The notes below the pieces were generated by a model, which saw nothing but the letters and a program-made list of their open reading frames with translations, had not been told where the DNA came from and did no database searches. Below are positions 49,602-59,516 of a stretch of 64,000 nt of DNA, in pieces. The stretch is taken from sequence record NC_023719.1. One strand, written 5' to 3'. The position numbers and the translations under genes are program-made. Numbering within the stretch: position 1 is the first letter of the stretch; the number at the start of each line of letters is the position of its first letter.

Positions 49602-49970
49602 GTGATGAATCTAATAGAGATAAACGATTATTACGAATACGAGATAGAAATTAGTTTAAAGAGAACATCGGGCCAGATAATAGAAAATACTGTAATAGTA
49701 GAAGTTCGGCTGTATGAAAAGAATACTCTAGGCGGGGAAAAGGCTGGCGGCGGAACGACGACACGATCTCTCATTAATACATTCAAAGAAGAAGTAAAAC
49801 GACCTAATATACTACAATTTCTATTAGGACTATCTTGGCAGGATAGAATAAACTCCGCGCGAGATTGTTTAAAGAATAAAGCAATTTATAATGCGGCAAT
49901 AAGATGGCATCAGGAGATATTCCCGAAAGAAATAAGACATTTATTAAGTGAAGAAGATAGAATTAGATAA
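49602..49970 (+). CDS. hypothetical protein
   Basis: AGGAGAGG RBS; runs into the repeat array. Confidence 0.6.
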   Translation: MMNLIEINDYYEYEIEISLKRTSGQIIENTVIVEVRLYEKNTLGGEKAGGGTTTRSLINTFKEEVKRPNILQFLLGLSWQDRINSARDCLKNKAIYNAAIRWHQEIFPKEIRHLLSEEDRIR

Positions 49971-50396
49971 TAGATAGAATAGAACAATGATTAATTGAAA
50001 CTATCTAATAGATAGAATAAAACATTTAGATAATAGATAGAAAGAACATTTAATTAAAAATATCTAATAGATAGAATATTATAGATAATACTAATAGATA
50101 GACCAAGCTACTCCTTAAATAGATAGAATAAAGGATTCATACAATCTATCTAATATTACAGTTAGGAGGACATACGACATTTTAATCTTTTATCTAATAG
50201 ATAGAGCTATAGAAATTACTAATAGATAGAATAGATAGTTGTCGTATTAGTTCTATTAACTGGTAGCTGAGCTATTAGCTTTGCATGAATAGATAGATTA
50301 CTCTAATAGATAGAATAAAGAATCTAATAGAATAGATAGAATAAAACTTTTTTATCTATTCATGCTATAATCATTTTGCTCATTTTATCTATTAGA
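49968..50396. repeat. iteron-like array of (TATCT)AATAGATAGAAT
   Basis: 12 direct ATAGATAG copies plus inverted TATCTATT copies at ~50353 and ~50386. Confidence 0.85.
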
Positions 50397-50437
50397 TTTA
50401 TGAATCAATAAACTTTTAGCAAAGGAGCGTTATGTAA

Positions 50438-50554
50438 TTGGAAAATAGTACTACAATAGTCGTATTGCTTTGCGTATTATGTACCGTTGAAATGATAAAC
50501 GTAACAAACTTTAGTTTATTTAAGCTTTATCTAAAAAACAAATTCTCAAAGTAA
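50438..50554 (+). CDS. 38-aa hydrophobic peptide (not in track)
   Basis: AAGGAG RBS, TTG start; STTIVVLLCVLCTVEMINVTNFSLFKLYLKNKFSK. Confidence 0.5.
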   Translation: MENSTTIVVLLCVLCTVEMINVTNFSLFKLYLKNKFSK

Positions 50555-50886
50555 TCATACCACGAGCGACAGCCGTGGTTTTTTACTGCCCCGCAGGGGC
50601 AGCTACGCGAGTGGAAAATGATTGAAAAGTGGATGATTGAGAGAGTAGGAAGGAGAGTTGTAATGAAGAGTAGGATTTTAGATTGGTAGGTCTGAGTACC
50701 CCTTCTAAAAACATGATGTCTTAAGACCAAATGGGCCAAGCAGGGTTTAGATCGCGAGGGAAAAGAAGAATAAAATAGAAAAATTGTTCTAAAAAGTTAA
50801 GACGATAGTATTTTACATAGAAAGCACTGTATATATTTATAGTAAGAATAGAAATTACAAAGTAAGAGGTAGGGAAGAGGAGTATT

Positions 50887-52500
50887 ATGGCTAAAGAGTA
50901 CATTTATCAAAATGATGACAATAATGAAGAATACAAGATAGATTGGGATAAGATTTCAATTTATGTTCAAGATACTATTAGAGATCTTAACACTAATAAT
51001 GCTAAATATGTGACTGATCATGAGATTTATTGTGATTATTATGGAGAGCAAATTGGATATCTTCATTTTTCAGAATTTCATGATGTAAATGCTAAAGATA
51101 TTCATCCATCTTTACCAAGCAAGTATTACAATAAATTACTTTATATTAACAACGTATTAGTAAACTTAGATTTTCGTGGATGGGGAATTGGAACCCAACT
51201 ATATAAAGAGTTTGGTGAAATTTATTCAAGGCAATTTAAAGATTGGCCATTAGCTCAAGTATTTGTAAACCCTATAGCGGAATATTCCTTTAGAAGAGCT
51301 ATAGAAAAGGGATCTATACCTAAAAGCGCTTATGTGGAAGAACTAATAGCTAGGGATTACAATGAAGAAGAAAAACAAAAAGCAAAAAATTTGTTTGATT
51401 GGTTACCGAAAGATGAACAAAAAGACTTTAAACAAAAGATGAAAAATATAAAAAAAGAAAAATCCGCAACAATAAACAAAGGGGAATTGAATAGAATGAT
51501 GAAAGATATGAGGCGAAAGTTAGATAAAGCATTAGATTTACGTAAAATAAAAGCTAATACAATTGTTGAAGCAATAGATGCTTCTGAAGCAGCTGATCTA
51601 AGAGCTGGTATCACATTTGATTATCAAAGTAATGTTGGTATTGATCAAAGTCAAACAGAAGAAACAGAAACTTTTCAAATAGTAGCTAATTTAGGTGGCC
51701 AACAAGCTGGTTATATGCTATTTACTGCTTATTTAGAAAGTCAAAAGATAACATTAGATATTTTACTAACTAATGGTAAATACAAAGATGTTGGTTTTGA
51801 AATGATGTTACTTGCAGAATTTAATACTATTTACGTTGATAGATTTAGTGGATGGCCATTAGCAAGACACTTTACTGATCCGTTTGCAGAACTGAAATTC
51901 AGACAAGCGCTAGAAGTTGGTTGGCTATCTAGAGATATGCTTAATGAAGAATATATCACTAGAGATTATAGTGATACTGACCAAAAGTTCTGGGATAACA
52001 CTTTGAAAAATGTTATAAATGATGAGAGAGTTCGTGGGGCTCATGTAATTAGAAAAGATTTAAGAAAAACAGCAACAAATATTACTATTGCTCCAATAGA
52101 AATTGAAAGAAATCAACTAAACAGTAGAGAACATAAGATAAATATCAGAAGAGATGGAGAACTTCTAGCAGAATTAAAATATACAGTTTATGCTGAAAAA
52201 GAAATAATATATGTTAATTACATTGAAGTTTTTGAACAATATAGACAAAATGGTTTAGCATCTTTACTGTACGAAGAGTTTTCAAAAGATTACAATGCCG
52301 ATTATTCAGGTTGGAAAATGACTAGAGTATTTATTAATCCTGTAGCTGAGTATGCATTTCAAAAGGCTGTTTCTGAAGGATTGTTCCCAGCAGAAACTCT
52401 AAATAGTATTAGAAGAGATTACAATCATGAAGATGAAGAGCTTTGGTATAATGAGTTAGAACCAAAATTGAAAGATTTAAGAAAACAAAAAGCTGTTTAA
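50887..52500 (+). CDS. protein with three tandem GNAT-like domains
   Basis: Three repeats of GY/AE...V..(F/Y)R..G...LY.EF...Y...F.GW.....F.(N/D)P.AE..F..A...G; homologous to 22040. Confidence 0.8.
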   Translation: MAKEYIYQNDDNNEEYKIDWDKISIYVQDTIRDLNTNNAKYVTDHEIYCDYYGEQIGYLHFSEFHDVNAKDIHPSLPSKYYNKLLYINNVLVNLDFRGWGIGTQLYKEFGEIYSRQFKDWPLAQVFVNPIAEYSFRRAIEKGSIPKSAYVEELIARDYNEEEKQKAKNLFDWLPKDEQKDFKQKMKNIKKEKSATINKGELNRMMKDMRRKLDKALDLRKIKANTIVEAIDASEAADLRAGITFDYQSNVGIDQSQTEETETFQIVANLGGQQAGYMLFTAYLESQKITLDILLTNGKYKDVGFEMMLLAEFNTIYVDRFSGWPLARHFTDPFAELKFRQALEVGWLSRDMLNEEYITRDYSDTDQKFWDNTLKNVINDERVRGAHVIRKDLRKTATNITIAPIEIERNQLNSREHKINIRRDGELLAELKYTVYAEKEIIYVNYIEVFEQYRQNGLASLLYEEFSKDYNADYSGWKMTRVFINPVAEYAFQKAVSEGLFPAETLNSIRRDYNHEDEELWYNELEPKLKDLRKQKAV

Positions 52501-52517
52501 TAAAAAGGAGTGTAAGT

Positions 52518-52814
52518 ATGATTCAACCTACTACAAAAGATATTATTAGAATTGTTAGAACATATGCTTATCAAAATGGTATTACTATTACACAATTTGC
52601 TAAAAAAGCTGATGTTTCTAAGTCTTGGATTTCTCGTTTAAAGAATGAAGATTCAGAAATTTCCTTACAATTAGCAAAACAATTATTAGAAACTGCTGGT
52701 TATAAGATTATCATTAAGCATCAGTCAAATATTGACTCAGATGACACTAAAGAAATTAAAACATTAACTGATGAGCAAATTAAAGAGTTAGAAAAGCAAA
52801 AGAAAAAGAAATAG
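52518..52814 (+). CDS. XRE-family HTH transcriptional regulator
   Basis: GITITQFAKKADVSKSWISRLKN...ISLQLAKQL. Confidence 0.85.
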   Translation: MIQPTTKDIIRIVRTYAYQNGITITQFAKKADVSKSWISRLKNEDSEISLQLAKQLLETAGYKIIIKHQSNIDSDDTKEIKTLTDEQIKELEKQKKKK

Positions 52815-52848
52815 TTTTTAAAAAAAATGAAAGGAGGTTGATGTTTTA

Positions 52849-54309
52849 ATGATTAGAAGACCAATAGAAAATAAAAATACTGGTCCATTTAGAAAAATAA
52901 TTATCAATATTTTAGGTGAACAAATTATTAATGGTTCAGATTTAAATAAAGTGTCTATATCAAAAGTAATTACTGATTTAGAAAGTAAAACCCCTGCTCA
53001 AAAAGAGGAAATCCTTACTTCAACTACTATTACAGACAATGATTATATGACACTTCTTGGTTTTTTTAAAGTTTGTTTAGCTTATTTAGATTTACCATTA
53101 CCTCCAGAAACTATAAACGACACTAAGACAATGATTAAACCAAAAGAAAGAGTTATAAGATATGAAGCATTTGGTTATCATTTAACTCTAATATCTGAAA
53201 AATTTGAGATAGTGTTTCCGCGTCAGCCAAAAGAGCCATTAAACACAACTCAGCGTCCAAGTTATGATCTAAGTAATGACCCAAATCCAAGCATTGAAAA
53301 TCGAGATATTAGCGACTATATAAGAAATACAACTGATAGTGACATAGAAATAAAAGGTAGTAATAAAGATGTTATTTTAACTTTTAAAAAGCACGACATA
53401 GATAATAAATTCCCTGGTGATTTAATTTCTATAGATGAGCCTTATGTTATTTGTTCAAATTGTTACACAATTGAAGAGTCTATGTTGAAAAATGACTTTT
53501 ACAACTTAGAGATAAATGATACTAGTTTAAAGGGAACACCTAAGAACACAGCCAGTGTTATAGATAATGGTTGGGAATTAAGTCAAGGCAGTGGAACTAT
53601 GGGACTTTTATACAACAACTTATTAGAGAAATTTACAAAAGAACTAAGACATGATGAAGTTAAAAGAACTTACTGGTGCAATGAATGTAAAAGTTTAATT
53701 TTTACAAGATTATTTGGGATGGTGAATAAAGATTCCTTTGAAATTGGGATAACAACTTTTGCAGGAGAAGAAATACCAGATAAGATCTTTATTGATTTCC
53801 CACAACAATTTGTTATGTTTATTGGAGGAAATATTGAAAATGTAGGTAACTTTATAATTTACAATAACGGAATTTCCTACTATACTCTAAAAAAAGAATT
53901 ATCAACAAAAATTAATATTTTTAGAGGCGATGAAATTGTTGGTTACATATCTTTTAATGTAGCTAAAAAGCGAATGGAAATTTCTATTGATAAAACAAAA
54001 ATAACAACTGGCGAAGATCAGATTAGTACGATTAATATAAATAAAAATACTACTTTCTTCTTTGAATTAGCTGGCGAAATTATTCTTAATGACCAAGTAA
54101 ACTCAATAGAAGAATATGAAATGATGAAATCAGAATTTTTATTTAGTAATGAAACTATAAAGAACTACAATGGTTGTATTATGAGAAATATGACGCTTGC
54201 TCCAGCTATTAAGTGGACTCCTAAGAGGATTACTTTTGGAGAATTGAAAAAATACACATTTGAAAGAGTTGGGATAGACTTAATGTTATTCCATACGTTT
54301 AAAGATTAA
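52849..54309 (+). CDS. hypothetical protein, possibly structural
   Basis: AAGGAGG RBS; coupled to the tailspike-like gene. Confidence 0.8.
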   Translation: MIRRPIENKNTGPFRKIIINILGEQIINGSDLNKVSISKVITDLESKTPAQKEEILTSTTITDNDYMTLLGFFKVCLAYLDLPLPPETINDTKTMIKPKERVIRYEAFGYHLTLISEKFEIVFPRQPKEPLNTTQRPSYDLSNDPNPSIENRDISDYIRNTTDSDIEIKGSNKDVILTFKKHDIDNKFPGDLISIDEPYVICSNCYTIEESMLKNDFYNLEINDTSLKGTPKNTASVIDNGWELSQGSGTMGLLYNNLLEKFTKELRHDEVKRTYWCNECKSLIFTRLFGMVNKDSFEIGITTFAGEEIPDKIFIDFPQQFVMFIGGNIENVGNFIIYNNGISYYTLKKELSTKINIFRGDEIVGYISFNVAKKRMEISIDKTKITTGEDQISTININKNTTFFFELAGEIILNDQVNSIEEYEMMKSEFLFSNETIKNYNGCIMRNMTLAPAIKWTPKRITFGELKKYTFERVGIDLMLFHTFKD

Positions 54310-54324
54310 TTAGGGGTGATAAAA

Positions 54325-56283
54325 ATGGCTAATAATGAGCTAAATGTTACTAAATTTTTAAGATTACTTAAAGGTGTAGATGGAGCTTACTTTGATTATA
54401 AGCAATATTTAAATGATAACTGGGATAAAGTTGATGAAAACGTTAAGATTATCTATGATAGAGATAACAACGTTTATGTAGGAGAGTTGACTTTAGAAAC
54501 AAAAGATGATTATTCAGCTATTATGGCAGCACTTCAAAAAGCTACATTAGAGAAAAAAACTTTAGTTTTCCCAAATGGTATTTACAGAGTTCCTAATTTA
54601 GACATTACTTCTTTTAATGTAGATGTTGTATTTGAAAAAGGAACAGTAATAGTAGGTAATGTAAAAATATACAATATTTCCGATGTTTCTTTTACTAATT
54701 TAAAAATAGAAGGTAATTTAACATTAGAATCAATAGAAAATTGCAAATTTATTAACGCAGAAGTTCAAGGTAATACTTTAATAGGTACTTCTGGTAAAGG
54801 TCACAATAAATCTAACTATTTTATAAATAGTAAATTCAATAGCCCAAACAGAGCGGTTGAATTCTATTGTACAAACCAATTAGCTGAAAGTAGTAATGCT
54901 TATTTAGAAGTATCGTATAATACTTTTACTAATTGTCAAATTACAGGCAGTTCAAATGGTATTTATTCTAACATTTTGGAAAATGTTACAAATGCTGAAA
55001 TTTCTCATAATTTATTTGTAAATTGCAAGACAGATGCTACTAACTTAAGTATTGACACTAATTCTGCTATTTATTTAGGTAGAAATACAAAAGCTTTCCA
55101 TTTCATTGAACAGAGAGCATCTGGATACAATTCTGTTGACGCAGAAAAATCTGGTGGTTTACACGTGTTTACTGGTGGTTTACTAAATGGAGAAATTAAA
55201 GGTACTGATAAGTTTTTAATTTATAAGCCTGCTGTTTCTAATACTGTTAGTTTTGATAAGATTGGTAACAACATTAACAATATGAGAAAAATGAAAGTAT
55301 TTAAAAATGAAGTACCTAAATGGACAAAGTTCAATGTAGATGTTGAAAACGCTAGTAACATAGTAGATATTACTGGTGATACTTGTCTAAAAATAATTAG
55401 TCCCGATAATGCATCTTTCCCTACTTTAGAAAGAACATTTCGTGCAAACGATCATTTGAATCAACCAATAAACGTAATTGCGAGAGTTAGGGTAATTCCA
55501 AACAAATATAGCACTGATGCAGCTCTTATTTTAACAAATGGGGTTAGCAGTAATACTGTCACCGTTCCAATAAAACCTGATAATAAATGGAAAATAGTAG
55601 CAGCTAAAATTGAAAACACTACGAATAAAGATATTGTCGTTAAATTATCACCAAATAATTCATATATTAAAAGTGACAACACTCTTTATGTTGATTGGAT
55701 TATCATAACATTAGGTGATTTCGCTCAATTTAGTTCTATCCCAACAGAAGAACATCACTATCGAGACTTAGAACACTATGGTAACTTTACAGTTTATGGT
55801 GATTCTAAAGTGGAGGGTAATTTAAGTGTTGGTGGTAATTTAGCTCTAACTGGTAACATTATGAACGATACGACTATTAAAAATGGTAACTTATCCCTAA
55901 TGAAAGATAGTAGTATGGAAAACAATAAGACATCTATTAACATTGGTAATGAAACAATAAATAGTGCTAATTCTTCTGTATTTAAATTCTTTAGAATTAA
56001 TATAGAGGGTACCGATAATAATCAAAGTTTAAAAATCTACTCAGTTACTGGTCAGAAGAGTGGAAACAACTATATAGAGACTGTAGAAGAAATGTTAAAA
56101 ATATCACATGATTCTATTACTTTTAAAGATCAAGAACTCTACAATGATAATAACTTTGGTGGGGCTGGTTTCCAAAGACCCGAAAACCCTAAAATTGGAA
56201 GAATGTTTTATGATATTTCTCTAAGACAACCAATTTGGTTTGATGGTTTTGATTGGAGAGACGCTGATAAAAATAAAGTTTAA
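54325..56283 (+). CDS. tailspike/fibre-like protein with beta-helix (pectate lyase-like) region
   Basis: DDYSAIMAALQKA...LVFPNGIYRV; N/F-rich beta-helix repeats; GAGFQRPENPKIG..FYD...PIWFDG tail. Confidence 0.7.
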   Translation: MANNELNVTKFLRLLKGVDGAYFDYKQYLNDNWDKVDENVKIIYDRDNNVYVGELTLETKDDYSAIMAALQKATLEKKTLVFPNGIYRVPNLDITSFNVDVVFEKGTVIVGNVKIYNISDVSFTNLKIEGNLTLESIENCKFINAEVQGNTLIGTSGKGHNKSNYFINSKFNSPNRAVEFYCTNQLAESSNAYLEVSYNTFTNCQITGSSNGIYSNILENVTNAEISHNLFVNCKTDATNLSIDTNSAIYLGRNTKAFHFIEQRASGYNSVDAEKSGGLHVFTGGLLNGEIKGTDKFLIYKPAVSNTVSFDKIGNNINNMRKMKVFKNEVPKWTKFNVDVENASNIVDITGDTCLKIISPDNASFPTLERTFRANDHLNQPINVIARVRVIPNKYSTDAALILTNGVSSNTVTVPIKPDNKWKIVAAKIENTTNKDIVVKLSPNNSYIKSDNTLYVDWIIITLGDFAQFSSIPTEEHHYRDLEHYGNFTVYGDSKVEGNLSVGGNLALTGNIMNDTTIKNGNLSLMKDSSMENNKTSINIGNETINSANSSVFKFFRINIEGTDNNQSLKIYSVTGQKSGNNYIETVEEMLKISHDSITFKDQELYNDNNFGGAGFQRPENPKIGRMFYDISLRQPIWFDGFDWRDADKNKV

Positions 56284-56300
56284 TAATAGAAAGGAAGACG

Positions 56301-56567
56301 ATGATGAACGAAGATATGTCATTTGAATCTCTAGATAGAACGATTGCTTCATTAACTCAGCAAATTGAATTGTTATCTAATAAATGTAAATTAGAAGACA
56401 ATAAGAAAAATACAAATTTTGAATATATAATTGAAGCAAGTTCTTTAATGCTTCAACTATCTCGTACATTAAATGAATTGTTAGTTACGAGAAGATTTTT
56501 AAAAGATTCAGATGGCGATGCGAATAGTTTCTTCAATTCAATTATGCATGGAAGGAAGATGAATTAA
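56301..56567 (+). CDS. hypothetical protein
   Basis: AAGGA RBS. Confidence 0.75.
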   Translation: MMNEDMSFESLDRTIASLTQQIELLSNKCKLEDNKKNTNFEYIIEASSLMLQLSRTLNELLVTRRFLKDSDGDANSFFNSIMHGRKMN

Positions 56568-56927
56568 GTGGTTAATAAAATAGAAGAGTTACAGAAATTA
56601 GTCAATCAAGAAATAAAAAATATCACCTATGAAGGTCAAATGACAATTGTAGAATTTGTGGATGGACAAATATTGCCTTTATATGGAGGGGTAGCGGGTA
56701 TTTCTGAACCGTTAAAAGCAATTCGTTATTGTTCTTTTTGTGGTAATGAGGGTACAAAAGAAAAACCAGTTGTATCTTTAAACTCTAAAGATGACCCTTT
56801 GATTTGTCCAGATTGTGCTATAAATGCTATCCAAACTCTCATTGAGAATGGTATTGAAGTAGAGCTTGATATTTCCAGTCTTGCATCTAATGAATTACTT
56901 GAGAAGCTATTAGAAGGGAAGAAATAG
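56568..56927 (+). CDS. protein with ClpX-type C4 zinc finger
   Basis: YCSFCG...LICPDCAINA. Confidence 0.8.
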   Translation: MVNKIEELQKLVNQEIKNITYEGQMTIVEFVDGQILPLYGGVAGISEPLKAIRYCSFCGNEGTKEKPVVSLNSKDDPLICPDCAINAIQTLIENGIEVELDISSLASNELLEKLLEGKK

Positions 56928-57023
56928 AGGACCTATCATTTAAGATAGGTTCTTTTTTTTTGCATAATGACGATTTCTTTTAATTAAAGCGGCTTCTTTG
57001 TATATAAAGATAAAAATGATATT

Positions 57024-57296
57024 TTGAAAGAATGCGGAGGTGACAATATGACTGTTAAAATTAGCACCAATGGTTACTATTTCGCAATAGCAAAACACCC
57101 AGATTTCAAATATGATGGAGTGAATTGCAAAATAAAGGGCTGGACTGTAATGTTTACTAGCTCACAAAGTAAATCTTTAGGTGTACCTTTAGAAGTTACT
57201 ATGGCAATTGTAAAAGATGATACTAAAATTGAAGTCAAATTAAGTAATCAAAAAGATGCTGAAATATTAGAACTCATCAATAAGTATTGTTCTTGA
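57024..57296 (+). CDS. hypothetical protein
   Basis: Likely ATG 57048 after GGAGG. Confidence 0.75.
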   Translation: MKECGGDNMTVKISTNGYYFAIAKHPDFKYDGVNCKIKGWTVMFTSSQSKSLGVPLEVTMAIVKDDTKIEVKLSNQKDAEILELINKYCS

Positions 57297-57317
57297 CAAG
57301 TAGTTATCGACATCGAG

Positions 57318-57833
57318 GTGAATTTTAACATGTATAAGAAAGATAACAGAACATTTAATGAAAAATTAGAGATAGGAAATAAAAAGGAGGATGAGCTTGT
57401 TGAAATATTGAATTGGTGTGGTATTCCAGCAAGAATAAACAATAAAGAAAATGTGCGAGATATAGACATAGAGTTAACTTATGACGATATGTTTGTTGAT
57501 TGTAAATTAGTAGAAACTCCTTTTTATAAATCAAAACAGTATGTAAACATTGATCCAGATAAGTGTTTACCTATGAATGTTAGTCATATTCAAGCTTATG
57601 ATAAAAAAGAAAAAGCGACAGGTAAAAAATGTTGGGTTGCATTCTTTGTTAATTTTAAAGATTTCAATGTGCGTGAGTTAATTTTTATCCCTAATTCACA
57701 GCTTGTTTATTTGGTGAATAATGGTTTGATAAAAGCTCACAATGACAAAGTGTCGTTTAGTAGAGAGATTGGTAGAGATGTATATTCATTTTTAGATTAT
57801 GTTAAGCAATTGAGAAAAATTAACAAAAAGTGA
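57318..57833 (+). CDS. putative PD-(D/E)xK nuclease
   Basis: GNKKEDE, RDIDI, VDCK. Confidence 0.55.
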   Translation: MNFNMYKKDNRTFNEKLEIGNKKEDELVEILNWCGIPARINNKENVRDIDIELTYDDMFVDCKLVETPFYKSKQYVNIDPDKCLPMNVSHIQAYDKKEKATGKKCWVAFFVNFKDFNVRELIFIPNSQLVYLVNNGLIKAHNDKVSFSREIGRDVYSFLDYVKQLRKINKK

Positions 57834-57905
57834 ATATAAAAGCTTTTTAATCCTATTAATAGACAAATAAGGTTTTAATAAATTCTCAATAAGGAGGTTT
57901 TTCTA

Positions 57906-58115
57906 ATGAAAAATCTAGTTGAAAAAATTACTTGTAAAAAATGTAATACAATTGAATATCGTGAGATTGAAACTTTAAATAATGAAAAAATTCAATTATC
58001 TGATAAGAGTTTAGTTGCAGTAGCGATTAAAAGAGTAAATTGTAAAGAATGTAATTCTTCAGAGCATAATCGAGAATTTGTTGAAAAGCCGAAAGAAAAT
58101 AAAGACGCAATTTAA
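57906..58115 (+). CDS. zinc-ribbon protein
   Basis: CKKC...CKEC; AAGGAGG RBS. Confidence 0.8.
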   Translation: MKNLVEKITCKKCNTIEYREIETLNNEKIQLSDKSLVAVAIKRVNCKECNSSEHNREFVEKPKENKDAI

Positions 58116-58279
58116 AACTTTAATATTATTTTCTATCACAAAAGCATCTTTGTAAGGTGCTTTTTTTTATTTTCATAAATATCGCTAGTATTACTAATAT
58201 TACGATTGGTTTACAATGTGATTGATAAATTAATAATTATCGCCATTTAAATTAATATATATTTATCGGAGGTGATTGG

Positions 58280-58681
58280 ATGCAAAATCCAAATAGAAAA
58301 ACCGCATCCGTTAGTAAGTTTGTAACTTGGAAAAATATTTTATTAGTTACAATTTCAATCTTACTAATAGGTTCGATGATTACTATCTGGGTAGGGTATA
58401 ATCAAATTACTGAGAGAAATGAGCAAATTGATAAGCTTAGTAATGACGTGGTTGAGATTAGCAAGCAATTAAAAGAAACCAAAACTAAGAATGAGGAGAA
58501 TGAGAAAGTTATTGGTGCGTTAAACGCCGAAGTAACTAAGCAAAAGGAAACTGTTTCATCTTTGAATGATGAAATCAATTCTCATAAGACTTTAATTGAA
58601 AAATTTAAAGTTGAAAATCAAAAGCTTAAAAACGACAATAACGATTTAACAAAAAAATACAGGGAATTCGTGAAGCCCTAA
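58280..58681 (+). CDS. TM-anchored coiled-coil protein (0-frame part of a frameshifted gene)
   Basis: GGAGG RBS, TM helix, heptad repeats. Confidence 0.85.
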   Translation: MQNPNRKTASVSKFVTWKNILLVTISILLIGSMITIWVGYNQITERNEQIDKLSNDVVEISKQLKETKTKNEENEKVIGALNAEVTKQKETVSSLNDEINSHKTLIEKFKVENQKLKNDNNDLTKKYREFVKP

Positions 58682-59049
58682 GTAGAAAAAGCGATAATAA
58701 CATAGAAACAACTCCTAGACAGAAACAATACTCTGTTTCAAGAGGAAATAGTTCCAACCCAAGAGAATTTGCAGGGGTATTTAAAGCCTCTCATTATACT
58801 CCTCATTGTAAAGGTTGTACAGGAAAAACAGCGAGTGGTGCACCAGCTACCCCTGGAGTTACCGTTGCGGTAGATCCTAGTTATTGGCCATTAGGAACTA
58901 AGTTCTATATTGAAGGTTATGGTTATGTCGTTGCACAAGATACTGGTGGTGCAATCAAAGGAAGGAACAGAATGGATATTTGCGTTTCTTCTACCGAAGA
59001 GGCTTACCGACTCGGTGTAAAAGATGTTAAAGTTTATGTAATACAATAA
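58642..59049 (+). CDS. 3D-domain (lytic transglycosylase-like) cell wall enzyme in the -1 frame, with no start of its own
   Basis: Own translation: ASHYTPHCKGCTGKTASG...VAVDP..WPLGTKFYIEGYG..VAQDTGGAIKG.RMDICV; open frame 58642-59049. Confidence 0.85.
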   Translation, partial: RFNKKIQGIREALSRKSDNNIETTPRQKQYSVSRGNSSNPREFAGVFKASHYTPHCKGCTGKTASGAPATPGVTVAVDPSYWPLGTKFYIEGYGYVVAQDTGGAIKGRNRMDICVSSTEEAYRLGVKDVKVYVIQ

Positions 59050-59159
59050 TTAATTTATTTCTTACTGTAAGTAAGCTATGACTCACTAAGTAATAAATAT
59101 TTATAATAGTGTTATTTATCTCTTGAAGGGTAAATGTTTCCCTTCAAGGGGGTCATAGA

Positions 59160-59465
59160 ATGGATGACAAAAAAGACATTAAACCAAAATTAATCTTATT
59201 GCCGAATAGTAATAAGAAGAAAATCAATCTCACATCAGAAGAAATAGAAATAAAATCTAAGTTAATCGATATTGAGAAAAAAATTGATTCCCTAGAAAAT
59301 ATTGTCGAAGCAATTTCTGATGAGCTACCAGAAACTTTTTATTCCAGCGATATTTTTATGACAATTATTGCGGGAGCTGCTTTAACGGCTGCAACTGAGG
59401 TTGTAAATGAAGTATTCGGCATAAAACAAAAGAATAACGAGGATGACAATGATCCTTTAATTTAA
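59160..59465 (+). CDS. hypothetical protein
   Basis: GGGGG RBS; terminator. Confidence 0.75.
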   Translation: MDDKKDIKPKLILLPNSNKKKINLTSEEIEIKSKLIDIEKKIDSLENIVEAISDELPETFYSSDIFMTIIAGAALTAATEVVNEVFGIKQKNNEDDNDPLI

Positions 59466-59516
59466 CAAAGAAAGGAAGTGACTGGGTACTAGAATTTATT
59501 TTAGTATCCTTTTTTT

